DNA of 64,000 bases from Eledone cirrhosa (lineage: Eukaryota): the NCBI GenBank assembly GCA_964016885.1, contig OZ024755.1, forward strand, positions 37,448,001 to 37,512,000. Reading direction: 5' to 3'. The position numbers and the translations under genes were made by a program. The notes below the pieces were generated by a model that did no database searches, was not told the origin of the DNA, and was given only the letters and a program-made list of their open reading frames with translations. Numbering within the stretch: position 1 is the stretch's first letter; each line of letters starts with the position of its first letter. Shown piece after piece: positions 61,469 to 64,000 of this stretch.

Positions 61469-62745
61469 TTCACCATGCCAAACGGCATCACAGCAGTTGA
61501 AGGATGTTGAGATCTATAATCAATCGGTACAATTCCTGTTTCGGAATATAGAAACATTAAAGAGAAAAGTATGTTAAACTGTTCTAATAGTTTTGTACAC
61601 TGAAGAAGACTCAGAGAAAACCACGAAGTATTGGAGCGAAACAACGAGAAAGCTTTCTGGTCACTTAACCTTCTAGCAATATTGGAGGACCCCAGTAATT
61701 CTTCTTCATCAAATGTAGTTTCTACTGACAGTTTATACATCGGAATAACGTTGATGGCTTTCCTCCATTCCCATTGGACACTTTAGGTATGTCAGTGATA
61801 TTTAAACAGGTCATTTATTAACCCTGTCTTCCTAGAAATAGAACCAAAATATCCCTCAAAATCTTAAAAAAGGGAAAGGACACGTTACATAATGTAACCC
61901 CAGGTACACTATTTCAGTAAAAGAGCTCAAACACTTGCGATTTTAGGGTCCCTCGATCGGATTGATATCGAACTAAACAAGATCAATCGTGAAATATTGG
62001 TGTTAGAGGTGGGGGAGGAATGTAAGCAAGGCACAAGACACCATTTTTCTTTAGGGGCGGAGCATGAACAGATGGTGAATTAGCAGAGTCATTAAAACAT
62101 CAGATAGAATGCCTTTCGGTGTTTGTTCCAGCATTCTGCTCACCAAATTCAAATTTCGTCGCGGTAAACTTTACCGTTCATCTTGCCAAGGTCGATAAAT
62201 AAAGTACCTTCCGGGTGTTGGCGTTCTGAGCTCAAATTCAGCCTTAGGTGCTGCTTACTAGAGCTAATCATCTGACCATGAGGGTCCCCACGTGCAATTG
62301 AGCAGTCGGGGAAACTGCGTTCTAAAACCACAGAGATAAGCTGACATATATAACTGGTACTTTGTTTCGTTGATCACATTTTTGTTGAGCCGTTGAGTTT
62401 CGCAACAAACACAGAAGGCGACAACACACACAGATAGATAGATAGACTTTTTCCTACTATATCAAGCCTTAAACTAATATATTTCTTCATTGTACTGTGT
62501 TGTTTGCTTTGTTGATCCCATTTACGTTTTGGATACATACATATAAATACATACTTACACACACACAAGCCACCGATATATATATATATATAATTTGATA
62601 CTTGGTAAAATCGAATCTCTGGCGGTTTGCAAGCAAATTCTGCCTACTATATGAAATAATGAGTTAGCAAAGCACTCGATAAGGTAGGTCCTTAGAGTAA
62701 TAACATTCGTTTAAATAGATTGACAAATCGAACATTGTGTATATA

Positions 62746-62780
<35 letters not shown>

Positions 62781-62783
<3 letters not shown>

Positions 62784-62955
62784 CAGAGGGTCGGACGCCA
62801 TGTTTTGCAGCAAAGGGCTACAGCCCTTTATGGTCTGAGTTCAAATCCCGCCGAGGTTAACTTTGCCTTTCATCCTTACGGGGTCGATAAAATAAAGTAC
62901 CAGTAATGTACTGGTTAAATTGCTGGCCTTGTGCCAAACGTAGAAATAATTATTA
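62781..62955 (+). mobile_element. SINE family A
   Basis: CTGAGTTCAAATCCCGCCGAGGTTAACTTTGCC core and tail. Confidence 0.88.
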
Positions 62956-63064
62956 TAGTTATCTGCTTGGTGACAACTATTTATTTGGAATGTGAATATA
63001 TAGTTAAATCAATAAATATTTTTTTATAAATAAGTCAATTGAAGTAAGATTGTGAAAGCCGGAG

Positions 63065-63753
63065 GAGATGTAAAGGGAGACCAGGTGAGCCGGTGTCAAC
63101 GTTTGTTTGACATGAGATGTAAAGGGGGACCAGGTGAGCCGGTGTCAACGTTTGTTTGACATGAGATGTAAAGGGGGACCAGGTAAGCTGGTGTCAACGT
63201 TTGTTTGACATGAGATGTAAAGGGGGGCCAGGTAAGCTGGTGTCAACGTTTGTTTGACATGAGATGTAAAGGGAGACCAGGTAAGCTGGTGTCAACGTTT
63301 GTTTGACATGAGATGTAAAGGGGGACCAGGTGAGCCGGTGTCAACGTTTGTTTGACATAAGATGTAAAGGGAGACCAGGTGAGCCGGTGTCAACGTTTGT
63401 TTGACATGAGATGTAAAGGGGGACCAGGTGAGCCGGTGTCAACGTTTGTTTGACATAAGATGTAAAGGGAGACCAGGTGAGCCGGTGTCAACGTTTGTTT
63501 GACATAAGATGTAAAGGGAGACCAGGTGAGCCGGTGTCAACGTTTGTTTGACATGAGATGTAAAGGGGGACCAGGTGAGCCGGTGTCAACGTTTGTTTGA
63601 CATGAGATGTAAAGGGGGACCAGGTGAGCCGGTGTCAACGTTTGTTTGACATGAGATGTAAAGGGGGACCAGGTGAGCCGGTGTCAACGTTTGTTTGACA
63701 TGAGATGTAAAGGGGGACCAGGTGAGCCGGTGTCAACGTTTGTTTGACATGAG
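63065..63753. repeat. 49-bp minisatellite, ~14 near-identical copies
   Basis: GAGATGTAAAGGGGGACCAGGTGAGCCGGTGTCAACGTTTGTTTGACAT, with no spacers. Confidence 0.97.
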
Positions 63754-63850
63754 TTGTCGGTAGAAATGAATCTTCAAGAATTTTGATGAAGGAGGTTTGT
63801 TTCGACAGAGTATTGAAACAACGTAAACACGTTTGTCAGGGAGAACGAGA

Positions 63851-63925
<75 letters not shown>

Positions 63926-64000
63926 CACACACACATATATATATACACACACACACATATATATATATACACACACACACATATATATATATACACACAC

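Noticed and set aside
60327-61577. Long SF- or KER-rich ORFs
   Set aside because: Translations of the (GAAA)n polypurine tract.
63065-63753. CRISPR-like array with palindromic repeat
   Set aside because: Units are contiguous with no unique spacers, there are no cas genes, and the context is eukaryotic.

Overview
AT-rich, microsatellite-dense animal DNA. The SINE and LINE content resembles what I recall of Octopus/coleoid genomes; this is inferred, not verified. No intact host gene is visible, and most long ORFs in the track are artefacts of (TA)n, (CA)n, (GA)n and (GGT)n repeats. Real coding sequence is retrotransposon-derived: a near full-length CR1-like LINE (Myb/SANT-like + CCCH ORF1; APE-RT ORF2 with one in-frame stop), two CR1-like fragments, an RTE LINE ending in three C2H2 fingers, a Penelope-like RT + GIY-YIG element, and degraded RT relics. 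There are also two SINE families, RTE-derived non-autonomous elements, several MITEs, minisatellites and a 200-N gap. Hand folding gave four main leads. (1) About 15 type I hammerhead ribozyme motifs, 7 of them within 15.8-20.1 kb, including compensatory U3-A8 cores, very long stem II forms and a shared U4A variant, mostly in inverted or tandem Penelope/retrozyme-like repeats. (2) A (TA)n-inserted short element ending in a variable-length palindrome whose two arms co-vary. (3) A covarying structured 5' head on the RTE-derived elements. (4) A possible decayed GH18 chitinase-like gene in collinear minus-strand exon-like pieces. All structure and homology calls are by eye and need computational confirmation.
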